Source of the DNA: Acidobacteriota bacterium | GTDB lineage: Bacteria > Acidobacteriota > Thermoanaerobaculia > Multivoradales > UBA5704 | Assembly: GCA_040005235.1 (NCBI GenBank) | Contig: JBDTZG010000001.1 | Location: forward strand, 160,001-224,000 | Direction: 5' to 3' | DNA length: 64,000 bases | The notes under the pieces: model-generated | Seen by the model: the letters and a program-made list of their open reading frames with translations, nothing else | Database searches by the model: none | Told to the model about the DNA's origin: nothing | In this document: positions 1-30,200 of the stretch, piece by piece | How positions within the stretch are numbered: the stretch's first letter is position 1 | How the letters are laid out: every line of letters begins with the position of its first letter | Position numbers and translations under genes: made by a program

Positions 1-2
1 AG

Positions 3-17488
<17,486 letters not shown>

Positions 17489-17492
<4 letters not shown>

Positions 17493-20400
17493 GCGACACG
17501 ACGACCCAAAGCCGCGGGATCTCCGGCGAGGATCTGGATCTACTTTCCAGACTCTTGGAGCAGGAAGGGTTCGGCGCTCCGGCTTCGACCGCGATTCCGC
17601 GCCGCGCCGTTTTCGGATCGGCGGGCGAAGAGCTTCCGCTGTCGTATGCCCAACAGCGGCTCTGGTTTCTCGACCGGCTGCAGCCAGGCTCGGCGCAGTA
17701 CAACCTGTATTCGGCGCGCCGGTTTCCGCAGCCGATCGCCCTGACGGTGCTCGCGCGCACCCTTGGGGAGCTTGCGCGCCGCCACGAGACGCTGCGCACT
17801 ACGTTCGTGGAAGTCCAGGGCCGCGCGGTGCAGGTGATTGCGCCGCCGCCCCGCGCGGCGGTCCCGCCGGTCATCGATCTGCTCGGGCTGCCGAACGCGC
17901 GGCGCGAGGACGAGGTGGCGCGGGTCGCGGGCGCCGAATCCCGCCGGCCTTTCGACCTCTCACGCGGGCCGCTCTGGCGCGCGGCGGTCGTCCACGTTGG
18001 CGAAGGCGAGGATGTCCTTCTGTCGGTGATGCATCACATCATCTCGGACGGTGGGTCGCTGGGCGTGATGATGGGCGAGGTCTCGCGCCTGTATGCGGCT
18101 TTTGCCGCCGGCCGACCGTCTCCTCTGCCGGAGCTGGCGATCCAATACGCAGATTTCGCCCTCTGGCAGCGCGAGCGTCTTGAGGGTGGCGAGCTCGCCC
18201 GGGAGCTTGACTTCTGGCGTGCGGAGCTGTTGGGTGCGCCGCAGGTACTCGACCTGCCGGCCGATCGACCGCGGCCGGCGGTGCAGAGCTTCCGCGGCGC
18301 CAACGAGATGTTCTCGATCCCGGCCACCGACGCGGCGCGGCTGCGCGAGCTGGCGCGAGAAGAGGGCGCGACCCTGTTCATGGCCATGCTTGCCACCCTC
18401 GGCGCCACGCTCGGCAGGATCACCGGGCGCTTCGACCTGCTGATCTCTTCGCCGATCGCGAACCGAAACCGCCCCGAGATCGAGGCGCTGATCGGCTTCT
18501 TCGTCAACACCTTGGTTTTGAGGGTCGATCTCGCGGGGGAACCGAGCCTGCGCGAGATGATCCGCCGCACCAAGCTCCGAACCCTTGCCGCTTACGATCA
18601 CCAGAACCTGCCGTTCGAGAAGTTAGTCGAGGAGCTGCGTCCGGAGCGCGATCTGGCCCACGCGCCGCTGGTCCAGGTCATGTTGGCGCTGCAGACCGAG
18701 GACGCTCCGGCGATGCCGGCCGGCGGGGGAGCCGGCGGCGCGACCGCCGCGTCGGAGGTGCCACTGATGAACGGTACGGCGAAGCTCGACCTTTTGATCT
18801 CGATGATCGAGTCTTCGCGCGGCTTGAACGGTATGGCGGAGTACGCGACCGATCTGTTCGAGGGGGCGACGGTGCGGCGGTTGCTCGACGCTTGGCGGAC
18901 GTTGATCGCCGGGGCGCTCGCCACGCCTGAGGCGGCGGATCGGCCGCTCGCCGAGCTGCCGTTGCTCGACGCGGCCGAAACCCGGCGCCTGGTGGTCGAT
19001 TGGAACGACACCGCGGTCGCTTACGATCAGGCCGGAGCGCGGCTCCACGATCTGGTCTTCGCGCAGGCTGCGGCGACGCCGGATGCGATCGCTGTGGTAT
19101 TCGAGGAGTCGGCGCTCTCCTACGGCGCGCTGGCCCGCGCGGCGCAGCGCTTGGCACAGTCGCTGCGCCGTCGCGGCATCGGTCCTGAGATCGCCGTCGG
19201 CGTCTGCCTCGAACGGTCGCTCGAAATGCCGGTCGCATTGTTGGCGGTGCTCGAAGCGGGGGGCTTTTACGTTCCGCTCGATCCTGACTATCCGGCGGAT
19301 CGGCTGACCTACATGCTCGCGGACAGCCGGGTGCCGTTGGTTCTAATCTCGGCCGCCGTGCAGGCACGGATCGCCGATCTGCCCGAGGGCGTTGTGCGGG
19401 TCGATCCGGGCGATTGGGAGACGCTCAATCCGGTCGCGCCGGAGCTGGTGGAACGCGCGACGACCGAGCCGGAGACGCTCGCCTACGCGATTTACACCTC
19501 GGGCTCGACCGGCAAGCCAAAAGCGGGCATGAACGCGCACCGTGGGATCGTCAACCGATTGCTCTGGATGCGTGAGCGTTACGCCTTGGGACCGGCGGAT
19601 CGGGTGCTCCAGAAGACGCCGTTCAGCTTCGATGTCTCGGTCTGGGAGCTGTTTCTGCCGCTCCTGTCCGGCGCGCGACTGGTCATGGCCCGGCCGGGCG
19701 GTCATCAGGACGCAGGCTACCTGGTCGATCTGATCTCCCGCGAGGGAGTAAGCGTTCTCCACTTCGTGCCCTCGATGCTCCAGGTGTTCGTCGGCGAGCC
19801 GGGGGTGGCGGAGTTAAGCAGTCTGCGGGCGCTGATTTGTTCCGGCGAGGCGTTGCCTTCCACCCTGGTCGATCGCTTCTTCGCGCTGTTTTCCGGCCAC
19901 CTGAGCGCTCGCCAAGAACCCGAGCTGCACAACCTGTACGGCCCCACAGAGGCGGCGGTCGACGTCACCGAACAGGTCTGCCTGCCGGGCCTCGCGACCG
20001 TGCCGATCGGTCGGCCGATCGCGAACCTGCGCATCTATCTGCTCGATCCGGAGCGCCTGCCGGTGCCGGTTGGAGTTCCGGGCGAGCTGTTTATCGGTGG
20101 CGTCGGCGTAGGCCGCGGATACCTGCATCGGCCGCAGTTGACCGCCGCGGCGTTCGTGCCCGACGGCATCGGCGGAGAGCCGGGTGCCCGCCTCTATCGC
20201 ACCGGCGACCTCTGCCGGTTCGCCGTGGACGGCGCGATCGAGTATCTCGGGCGGATCGACCATCAGGTGAAGATCCGCGGCTTCCGCATTGAGCTGGGGG
20301 AGATCGAGCGAGCGCTCGCCGATCACCCGGATGTCTCCGAGTGCGTGGTGGCGACCTACGGCCCGGCGACCGATCGGCGCATCGCGGCGTATCTGGTCGC

Positions 20401-23400
20401 GGGTTCGTCGAAGCCGCCATCGATTGAAGAGCTCCGCACGTTCCTGGGTCGTAGCCTGCCCCTGTACATGATTCCCCAGGCGTTCGTCGCCTTGCCCGCT
20501 CTGCCGCTGTCGCCGAACGGAAAAATCGATCGCAAGGCTTTGCCGACGCCGGAGCTTTCGCGCCCGTCCCTCGGCGAGCAGTACGTCGCGCCGCGGACGG
20601 TCGCCGAGCAGGTGCTGGCGGTGGTTTGGGAGCATGTGCTCGGCGTCGAGCAGGTCGGCGCCCATGACAATTTCTTCGCTCTCGGCGGGGACTCGATCCG
20701 CAGCATTCAGGTGCTCGCCATGGCCCGCGAGCGAGGCCTGGAAATCTCGCTCCAGCAGCTGTTTCAACATCAGACTATCGCTGCCCTGGCCGCCGTCGCC
20801 GTCACTCCTTCAGCCGTGGAGGCGCCCACCGAGCCGTTCTCACTGCTCGCGCCGGAGGATCGCCAGCGCCTGCCGAGTGGGCCGGGGTTCGCGCTCGATG
20901 ACGCCTATCCCCTGGCGATGCTGCAGGCCGGCATGCTGTTCCACATGGTGCTGCGGCCCGAAGATCCGCCGTACCATAACGTCGACAGCTGGCAGCTGGT
21001 CGCGCGGTTCGACGCCGAGGCGTTTGCGCGTGCCACCGCCGATGTTGTCGCTCGCCATCCGGTGATGCGCACTTCGTTTCACCTGACCGGGTTTTCCGAA
21101 CCGATCCAGATGGTCCACCGGGAGGCGGCCTTACCGCTGACGGTGTTCGATCTCATCCACCTGACGGCGCTGGAGCAGCAGCGGGAGGTCGCGGCGCTGG
21201 TGCGCGCGGAAAAGCTCAAGATCTTCGACTTCACCCGCGCGCCGCAGCTTCGCTTTCACGTCCACCGGCTCGCCGAGGATCGGTTTCAGTTCACGCTCAC
21301 CGAGAACCACGCGATCTTCGATGGCTGGAGCTTGCACTCGACGTTGGCCGAGATTTTCAGCCGATATTTCGCTTACCTTCGCGGTGAAACCCCGGCATTC
21401 GAGGCGCCGCTCGCGCTTACCTATCGCGATTTCGTTGCGGCGGAACGGCGGACCCTCGAATCGGAAAGTGCCAAGGCGTTCTGGCGCGAACAATTAGCCG
21501 GCGCCTCGGTGCTCGAGCTGCCGCGCCCCAACCCGGTGACCCAGGCACCGGTCGGAGCGCGAGTCTGCCGGCTGATCCCGAACTTGTCGCCGGAGATCTC
21601 GCGGGCGGTGCGCTCGCTCGCGCGTCGTTCGGCGGTGCCGCTCAAGAGCGTGCTGCTCGGCGCGCACTTCAAGGTGATGAGCCTGCTTTCGGGCTCGCCC
21701 GACGTAATGATCGGGATCGGCTTCAACGGCCGCGCCGAGCTGTCGGGTGGGGACGATGTCCGCGGCCTGTTCTTGAACACACTTCCGGTCCGGTTCGAGG
21801 TCAAAGACGAGAGTTTTGCGCGAATTTCCGAACGGGCGTTCGAAACCGAACGCGACATCCTGCCCCACCGCCGCTACCCGTACAACCGTCTGCAGCAGGA
21901 GAACAGTGGCCGGCCGTTCTACGACGTGATCTTCAACTACATACACTTCCATGTCGTGGACAAAATGCTCGCCCACGAGGAGATCGGTGTGGTGGGTTTC
22001 CATGCCGCCGAAGGGACGAACTTCCTGCTCCAGGTTGCGTTCGCACCGGGCACCGACGAGCAAGGCATTCACTTTGCGCTCGAATACGACGGCGCACGCC
22101 TGTCGGAGACTGACGCGGCATGGATCGCCGGTTACTTCACGCGCTATTTCGCGGCGCTTGGCCAGGATCCGGACGCCTCGACCGCCACCGCCTCCCTGCT
22201 CGCCCCGGAGGAGCGCGAACAGATCCGCGCGGCGACCGCGCTCGCTGTTTCGCCGGTTGCACTGCCCTCTCTCGTCGAGCTGTTCGCGCGCGCGGTCGCC
22301 ACGCATGGAAAGCGGGAAGCGGTGCGCTGCGGCAACGCCGGGCTCACCTATGCCGAATTGGACCGGCGCGCCAACGCTCTTGCGCACCGCCTGATTCGCG
22401 ACGGTGTGCTGCCCGGGGACCTGGTCGCGGTGTCGCTCGACCGGTCGACCGATCTGATCGTTGCGCTGCTCGCCGTGCTCAAGAGCGGCGCGGGCTACGT
22501 GCCGATCGATCCGACCTATCCGGAGGAGCGCCGGGCGTTTCTGCTAAAGGATTCGGGCGCGCGCCTGCTGCTCGACGAGGTGGCAGCCGATCTCGCCCAA
22601 GAAGACCACGCGGCGCCCGTGCTGCGAATCACCGCGGCCGACGTTGCTTACGTAATCTACACCTCGGGCTCGACGGGCAAGCCGAAAGGGGTGCCGGTGC
22701 GCCACGGCGAAGTGGCGCGGCTGATGTCGTCGACCGACTCGTGGTTCGGATTCGGCCCCGACGACGTCTGGACGCTGTTTCATTCCTACGCGTTCGATTT
22801 CTCGGTCTGGGAGATCTGGGGGGCGCTCGCCTACGGCGGCCGGCTGATCGTGGTGCCCACCGCGATCTCGCGCGCTCCGGAGTCGTTCTATCGCCTGGTC
22901 CGCGACGAGAAGGTCACCGTGCTCAACCAGACGCCGTCGGCGTTCCAGCAGTTGATCTGGGCCGAGCGGGGGGTGTTCGAGGCCGACGGCCCGGCACCTC
23001 TGGCCCTGCGTTACGTGATCTTCGGCGGCGAGGCGCTCGATCTGCCGACGCTCGCGCCCTGGATCGAACGGCATCCCGATTCGACGCTGATCAACATGTA
23101 CGGCATCACCGAGACGACTGTCCACGTCACCTATCGGCCGATCGGCAAGGCCGACGTCCTGGCGAAGCGGGGGAGCCTGATCGGCGTGCCGATTCCCGAT
23201 CTCGCGGTCCACGTGCTCGACGCGTTCGGCATGCCCGCGCCGCTCGGGGTCTCCGGCGAGATGTACGTCTCGGGCGCCGGGCTCGCGGTCGGATATCTGG
23301 GGCGGCCGGAGCTGACGGCGGAACGCTTCGTGCCCGATTCGTTCTCGGGAGCTGTCGGCGCGCGGGCCTATCGCTCGGGCGATTTGGCCCGGCGGCTGCC

Positions 23401-24205
23401 CGCGGTCTCCGGCTTCGACCTTGAGTACCTGGGCCGGATCGACAACCAGGTGAAGATCCGAGGCTTCCGGATCGAGCTGGCCGAGATCGAGGCGGTGCTC
23501 GCCGCGCACCCCGGCGTCCGGCGCGCGATCGTGGTTCCGCGCGAGGATGTCGCGGGCGACAAGCGGCTGGTCGCCTACGTCGTGCTCGCGGACTCTTCGA
23601 TCTCGGCCGACGACCTGCGCGGCGCGGCGCAGGCCAACCTGCCGGAATACATGGTTCCCGCGGCGGTGGTGATCCTGCCCGAGTTGCCGCTCACTCCGCA
23701 CGGCAAGGTCGACGTGCGCGCGCTGCCGCTGCCGGCCGGCACCCGCGAGGCCTCGCGCCAGGCGTTCGTCGAGCCGAGGACGCCGCTCGAAGAGCGGATC
23801 GCGGCGATCTGGGCCGAGGTGCTGCGGCTCGAGAAGGTGGGCGTGCGCGACGGCTTCTTCGACCTCGGCGGCAACTCGATCCTCGCCACCCAGGTGTTCG
23901 CCCGGCTGCGCGAGACGTTCGGCTTCGAGGTGCCGATGCGCACGCTGTTCGAAGAACCGACGATCGAGCGCCTGGCGGTGACGATCGGCGAGCTGCAGGC
24001 GCGCGGTCCGAGCGCGGAGGCGGAGTCGCAGCGGATCGCGCGGCGCCGGAGCGAGGGCGATGCGGTCGGAGCGGTCGGAGCGATTCCCGCGGCACCCAAG
24101 GATGCCGACAAGATCCGCACCGATCTCGCGGCGATGACGCCCGAGGCGATCCGCAAGTTGCTCGCCGAGAAGCGGGCGAAGAAACAACAGGGAGGACAGG
24201 GGTGA
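17489..24205 (+). CDS. NRPS, modules 6-7: C-A(Ser)-T(GGDS), C(atypical DCL-like)-A(Thr)-T
   Basis: ATGA overlap with the upstream NRPS stop, RBS GAAGGAG. Codes DVWHISLVDK (Ser) and DFWNIGMVHK (Thr). Carrier motifs GGDSI (~20684) and GGNSI (~23867). Confidence 0.97.
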
Positions 24206-27200
24206 GCGAAATCTCCGAGCCCGATTCTGCCGCCGAGCTGGCTGCCGATCTCGAAGGCGATCTCGAAGCCGAGCGCCTCGCGCTGCTGGATCTGCTGCTC
24301 GAAGAGGAGGCGGAGGAGGCCGCCGCTCCCGCCGCGGCGATCGGACATGCGACGGCGCCCGAGCGGATTCCGCTGTCGCTGTCGCAGCGCCGGCTGTGGA
24401 TCGCCGATCGGCTCGATCCGGGCACGGCGCTGTTCAACATCCCGGCCTCGCAGCGGCTCTCGGGGGAGCTCGACATCCGGGCGCTCCGTGCCGCGCTCCA
24501 GGCTCTGGTCGATCGCCACGAGAGCCTGCGCACGACGTTTTCGACCGCCGACGGCAATGCCGGCGCGCGCGGGTCGAGCGAAGGTTTCCAGGTCATCGCC
24601 CGGCATCGCGAAGTCGATCTGCCGCGGATCGACCTGTCGCTGCTGCCGCTTTCCCTGGCGCTCCAGACGTCTCTTCGTCTATCGGGGCTTTCCCAGTCGC
24701 GCGGCTTCGACCTCGAACAGGGTCCGCTCCTCCGCTTCGCCCTGATCGAGATGGCTCCCCGAGACAACGTGCTGCTGGTGACGATGCATCACATCGTCGC
24801 CGACGGCTGGTCGCTGTCGATCTTCCAGCGCGAGTTCGCCGCGTTCTACGCCGGCTTTGCGAAGAATCAGCCGGCAACGCTTCCGGCGCTGCCGATTCAG
24901 TACGCGGACTTCGCGCTCTGGCAGCGCGACTGGCTGCGCGGCGAGGTGCTCGAAAATCAGCTCGCTTTCTGGCGCGACCATCTCGCCGATGCGCCGTTCT
25001 TGGCCGAGCTGCCGACCGATCGGCCGCGTCCCAGGGTGCGCAACTTCCGCGGCGGTAAGGTCGCGCGCCTGGTCGCCGATTCGGTCACCGAAGCGTTCCA
25101 CCGCCTGGTCCGCGGCGAAGGGGTGACCTATTTCGCCTCGGCGTTGGCGCTCGGACACGCCTGGCTCGGCCGCCTCACCCGCAGCGACGACGCGTTGATC
25201 GGATCGCCAATCGCCGGGCGCCACCGGATCGAGACCGAAGGCGTGATCGGTTTCTTCGTCAGCAACCTGGTCTTCCGCGCCCAGCTTCGAGGCGATCCCA
25301 CGGCGCGCGAGCTGCTGGTGCGGACGCGCGAGGAGACGCTCGCGATCCTGTCGCACCAGGACGTGCCGTTCGATCTGCTGGTCGAAGCGCTCGCTCCGGA
25401 GCGCGACCTGTCGACCACGCCGATCTACCAGGTGCAGCTGATGGCGTTCGAGGGTCAGCGCCGCGCCGACGCGTCGGCGCACGCCGCGGACGAGACGGCG
25501 CGCACCAGGGCGATGGGGGGCTTGCGCCTCACGCCTCTCACCTCGGGCGACGAGATGTCGATGTTCGACCTGTCGATGACCATCGCCGAAGGGGGTCGTC
25601 GGCTCGCGCTGCAATACAACCGCGATCTGTTCGATGCCGCGACGATCGAGCGGATGGCCGGCTACTTCGAGAATCTGATGGCGGCTTTTGTCGCCGAGCC
25701 CGATCGCCATCTGTCCGAGATCGCGATGATCGGGCAAGACGAGCGGCGCCAGCTGCTGCTCGAATGGAACCCGCCTTCCTCCCGGGCGGCGTTTTCCCAG
25801 AAGACCCTGCTGCCCGAATGGGTGGCGATCCATGCGAAGAGCCGCCCCCAAGCGATCGCGGTCGAGATGGGGGACATGTCCCTGACCTACGCCGAGCTGG
25901 ACGAGCGTTCGAACGCGCTCGCGCGCTACCTGGCGATGTTCGGCGTCGGACCCGAGGTGAGAGTAGGGCTCTGCCTCATGCGCTCGCTCGATCTGGTGGT
26001 CGGCCTGATCGCGGTGCAGAAGGCCGGCGGCGCCTATCTGCCGCTCGATCCCACCTATCCGATCGACCGGCTGGCCGGCATGATCGAAGACGCGGGCCTG
26101 ATGCTGCTGCTCGCCCAAGACGCCACGCTCGACGCGCTGCCGGCGGGCACCGCCTATGTGATCAACCTCGACCGGACGGACGAGATGGCCGCGATGATGG
26201 GGGATGGTGGCGACGAAGCGGGAGACGGGGCAACGCCGGAGCCGCCGCCCGGCCCCTGCCCTGAGCACCTCGCCTACGTGATTTTCACCTCGGGCTCGAC
26301 GGGCCGGCCGAAGGGCGTGATGCTCGCGCACGACGGCCTCGCGAACCTGTGCGCCGAGCAGGCGCGAATCTTCGCGGTGGGGCCGGAAAGCCGGGTGCTC
26401 CAATTCGCCTCGGTGTCGTTCGACGCCTCGGTCGCCGAGATCGCGGTGGCGCTCTGTGCCGGCGCCGCTCTGGTGCTTGGGGCGCCGGACGATCTGCTCC
26501 CCGGGCCGGGCTTGGTGCGGCTGCTCGCCTCCCGGCGGATCACCAAGGCGACGATTCCGCCTTCCGCGCTCGCCGTGCTGCCGGCCGGAGCCGAAGCCGA
26601 GCTGCCGGACCTGCGCACCCTGGTGGTAGCGGGCGAAGCCTGTTCGCCCGAGCTTGCGGCGATCTGGGGCCGCGGGCGCCGATTCGTCAACGCCTACGGC
26701 CCGACCGAGGCGACGGTCTGCGCCACCGCCGAGCTCTTCGTCGAGGGCAAGGCGCTCACCTTGGGCCGGCCGCTTTCCGACGTCGAGATCCATGTGCTGG
26801 GTTCCCGTTTCGAACCCCTGCCGGTGGGTGTCGCGGGCGAGCTGCTGATCGGTGGCCGGGGCCTTGCGCGTGGCTATCTGAACCGCCCCGATTTGACCGC
26901 CGAGCGCTTCGTGCCGCACCCCTTCGCCGCCGAACGCGGCGATTTCGGGGATCCCGGCGCGCGGCTCTATCGCACCGGCGACCTGGTGCGGCGCCTGGCC
27001 GACGGACGGATCGAGTTCCTCGGCCGGATCGACCATCAGGTGAAGGTGCGCGGCTTCCGCATCGAGCTGGGCGAGATCGAGGCGGCGTTGCGCGCGCAGG
27101 CGGGGGTCAGAGAGGTCGTGGTGCTCGCGCGCAACGATTCGGGCGGCGGTTTATCGGGTGGTAATGCGGACCGGCTGGTCGCCTACCTGCTCGCCGAGCC

Positions 27201-30200
27201 CGAGCGCGAGCTGGTGCCGGCCGATTTGAAGGCGGCGCTTTCCGCGCGGCTGCCGGAGTACATGGTGCCCGCGGCATTCGTGGTGCTTGGGGCCTTTCCG
27301 CTCACCGCCAACGGCAAAGTCGATCGGAAGGCGCTGCCCACGCCGGAGCTGGCGCATCTGCACGTCGAGGGGGTGCGTTACGAGGCGCCGCGCGACGCGA
27401 TCGAAACGCTGGTGGCGGAGGTCTTCGGCGAGGTGCTCGGCCTTTCCGGCGAGATCTCGATCCACGATTCGTTCTTCGACTTAGGCGGCCACTCGCTGCT
27501 CGCCACCCAGCTCTTGTCCCGCGTGCGCGACGCATTCGGCGTCGAGCTGGCGCTGCGCCAGGTGTTCGAGGCGCAGACGATCGCGAGCTTCTCCCGCGCG
27601 ATCGAGGCGGCGCAGCGCGAAGCGCGCGGCCTCGAATCCGGGCCGATCGAACGCCGCCCGCGCGTGGCCGGGGCGGATCTGCCGCTGTCGTTCGCGCAGG
27701 AGCGGTTGTGGTTTCTGGACCAGTTGGAGCCGGGAAGCCCGACCTACAACATCCCGAGTGCCCTGCGCGTCCGCGGCGCGCTCGATCCTTTGCGGCTCGC
27801 CGCGGCGCTGCGCTACCTGGAGCGGCGCCACGAGTCGCTGCGCACTACATTCCCCACCCGGGCCGGGCGCGCGGCGCAGGAGATCGCGGCGCCCGATTCC
27901 GTCGATTCGCCCCGGGGGGCGCTGCTCTTTGCCCGGGTGGATCTTGCCGCCCTCTCGGAGGCGCGCCGCGAGGTGGAGACGCTGCGCCTCGCGGGGAAAG
28001 AGGCGATCCGGCCTTTCGATCTGGCGACCGGGCCGCTCGGCCGCGTGGTGCTGGTGCATCTGTCGCCGCAGCCGGCGACCGAGCAGGCGCTGCTGCTCAC
28101 CGTCCATCACGTCATTTCCGACGGCTGGTCGATGGGCGTTTTCGTGCGCGAGCTGGCCGAGGTCCACTCGGCGCTGGTCGAAGGCCGCGAGCCCGACGCC
28201 AATGTCCTGCCGCCTCTGCCGATCCAGTACGCCGACTTCGCCGCCTGGCAGCGCGGCTGGCTCACCGGCGACGTCCTCGCGCGCCAGATCGATCATTGGC
28301 GCCGGCACCTTCTGGGCGCGCCCGAGCTGCTCGCTCTGCCCACCGACCGGCCGCGGCCGGCGATCCAGAGCTACCGCGGCGCCTCGGTCGCGCGGCCCTC
28401 GGCTCCGGGAACCGTCGAGCGCCTGCACGCGCTCTCGCGGGCGGAAGGCGCGACGCTGTTCATGACGTTGCTCGCCGGCTGGTCGACGCTGCTCTATCGC
28501 TATACCGGGCAGACCGACATTCCGGTCGGCACTCCGATCGCGAACCGCAACCGGGCGGAGGTCGAAGGGCTGATCGGCTTCTTCGTCAACACCCTCGTCC
28601 TGCGCACGCGGGTGGCGCCGCGGCAGAGCTTCCGCGCGCTGCTCGGCACGGTGCGCGAATCGACGCTCGAAGGGTACGCGCACCAGGATCTGCCGTTCGA
28701 AAAGCTGGTGGAGGCGATCGCGCCGGAGCGCAATCTTTCCTACTCGCCGCTGTTCCAATCGATGCTCGTGCTGCAGAACAACCCCGACCGGCCGCTCGAA
28801 TTGCCTGGCTTGGAAATCTCCGGCCTCGCGATGTCGGGCGAGGTGTCGAAATACGACCTGACGCTGAACGCGATCGAGCTGGGACCGCGGCTGGCCTGCC
28901 GGGTGGTTTACAGCACGGCGCTGTTCGAGGCGGCGACGGTCGAGCGGATTCTCGGCCATCTCCACGCGCTGCTCCATGCGCTGCTCGATCAGCCCGACCG
29001 GCCGGTCGGGACGCTCGACCTCTTCTCGGGGGAGGAGCGGCGCACCCTGCTGATCGAATGGAACGAGCCGGCGGTCGTGCACCCGTCCGAAGGCTACCTG
29101 CCGCAGATGTTCGAGGAACGGGTCGATGCCGGGCCGGCGCGCATCGCGGTCGAATTCGATTCCCGCACCGAATCGGAGAGGGCGGCCGGAGGCGCGGGAT
29201 TCTCGATGCTCACCTACGCCGAGCTGGACGCGCGGGCGAACCGGCTGGCCCGCCATCTGCGCCGGGCGGGGGTCGGACCCGAAACGCGCGTCGGCGTCTG
29301 CCTGGAGCGCTCGCTCGACTTGCCCGTAGCGCTGCTTGCCGTCCTGAAGGCGGGGGCGGCCTACCTGCCGCTCGACCCGAGCCTGCCGGAGGATCGCCTG
29401 CGCCATTTGGTGGCGGACGCCTCGGCGCCGGTGGTCGTCACGGTCGGCCGGTTCGTCGAACGGCTCGGCACTGATCGCACCGATCGCTTCGATCGCTTCG
29501 GGGGGCCGCATCTCGTCCTCCTGGACGATGCGGCGACCGCCGCGGCGATCGCTGAGGAACCGGCGGAGCGCCTGTTGCCCGCGGCTTTGGGCGAGCACCC
29601 GGCCTACGTGATCTATACCTCCGGGTCGACAGGTCAGCCCAAAGGGGTGGTGGTGACTCACGGCGCTCTGGGCAACCGGCTGCGCTATGCCCTCGCAACC
29701 GACTTTGCGACCGACGCCGAAGTGTTCCTCCAAAAGACCACGATCAGCTTCGACGTTTCGGTGCTCGAAATCTTTGCGCCTTTAGTCTCCGGCGGGCGCA
29801 CCGTGCTGCCCGAGCCCGAAGGGCATCGCGATCCCGCTTATCTGGTGCGCCTGATCGCCGAGCGGCGGATCACCCAGGCGTCGTTTCCCCCTTCGACCCT
29901 CGCCCTGCTGCTCGATTCGGGCGCGCTCGACGAGTGCCGCGATCTGCGGCTGCTGGTCACCGGCGGCGAGACCGTGCCGGCCGATCTGCCGAACCGGGTT
30001 CACGAGCGCCTCCCGTGGATCGACGTCTACAACCGCTACGGGCCGACCGAGGCGACGATCTCGGTCACCTCCTGGCTCTGCCGGCCGGACGCCGCCGAGC
30101 GCTCTCTGCCGATCGGCCGGCCGACCGCCAAGGCCCACGTCTATCTGCTCGACCGCGAAGGCGAGCCGACGCCGGTAGGCGTACCGGGCGAGCTGCATCT

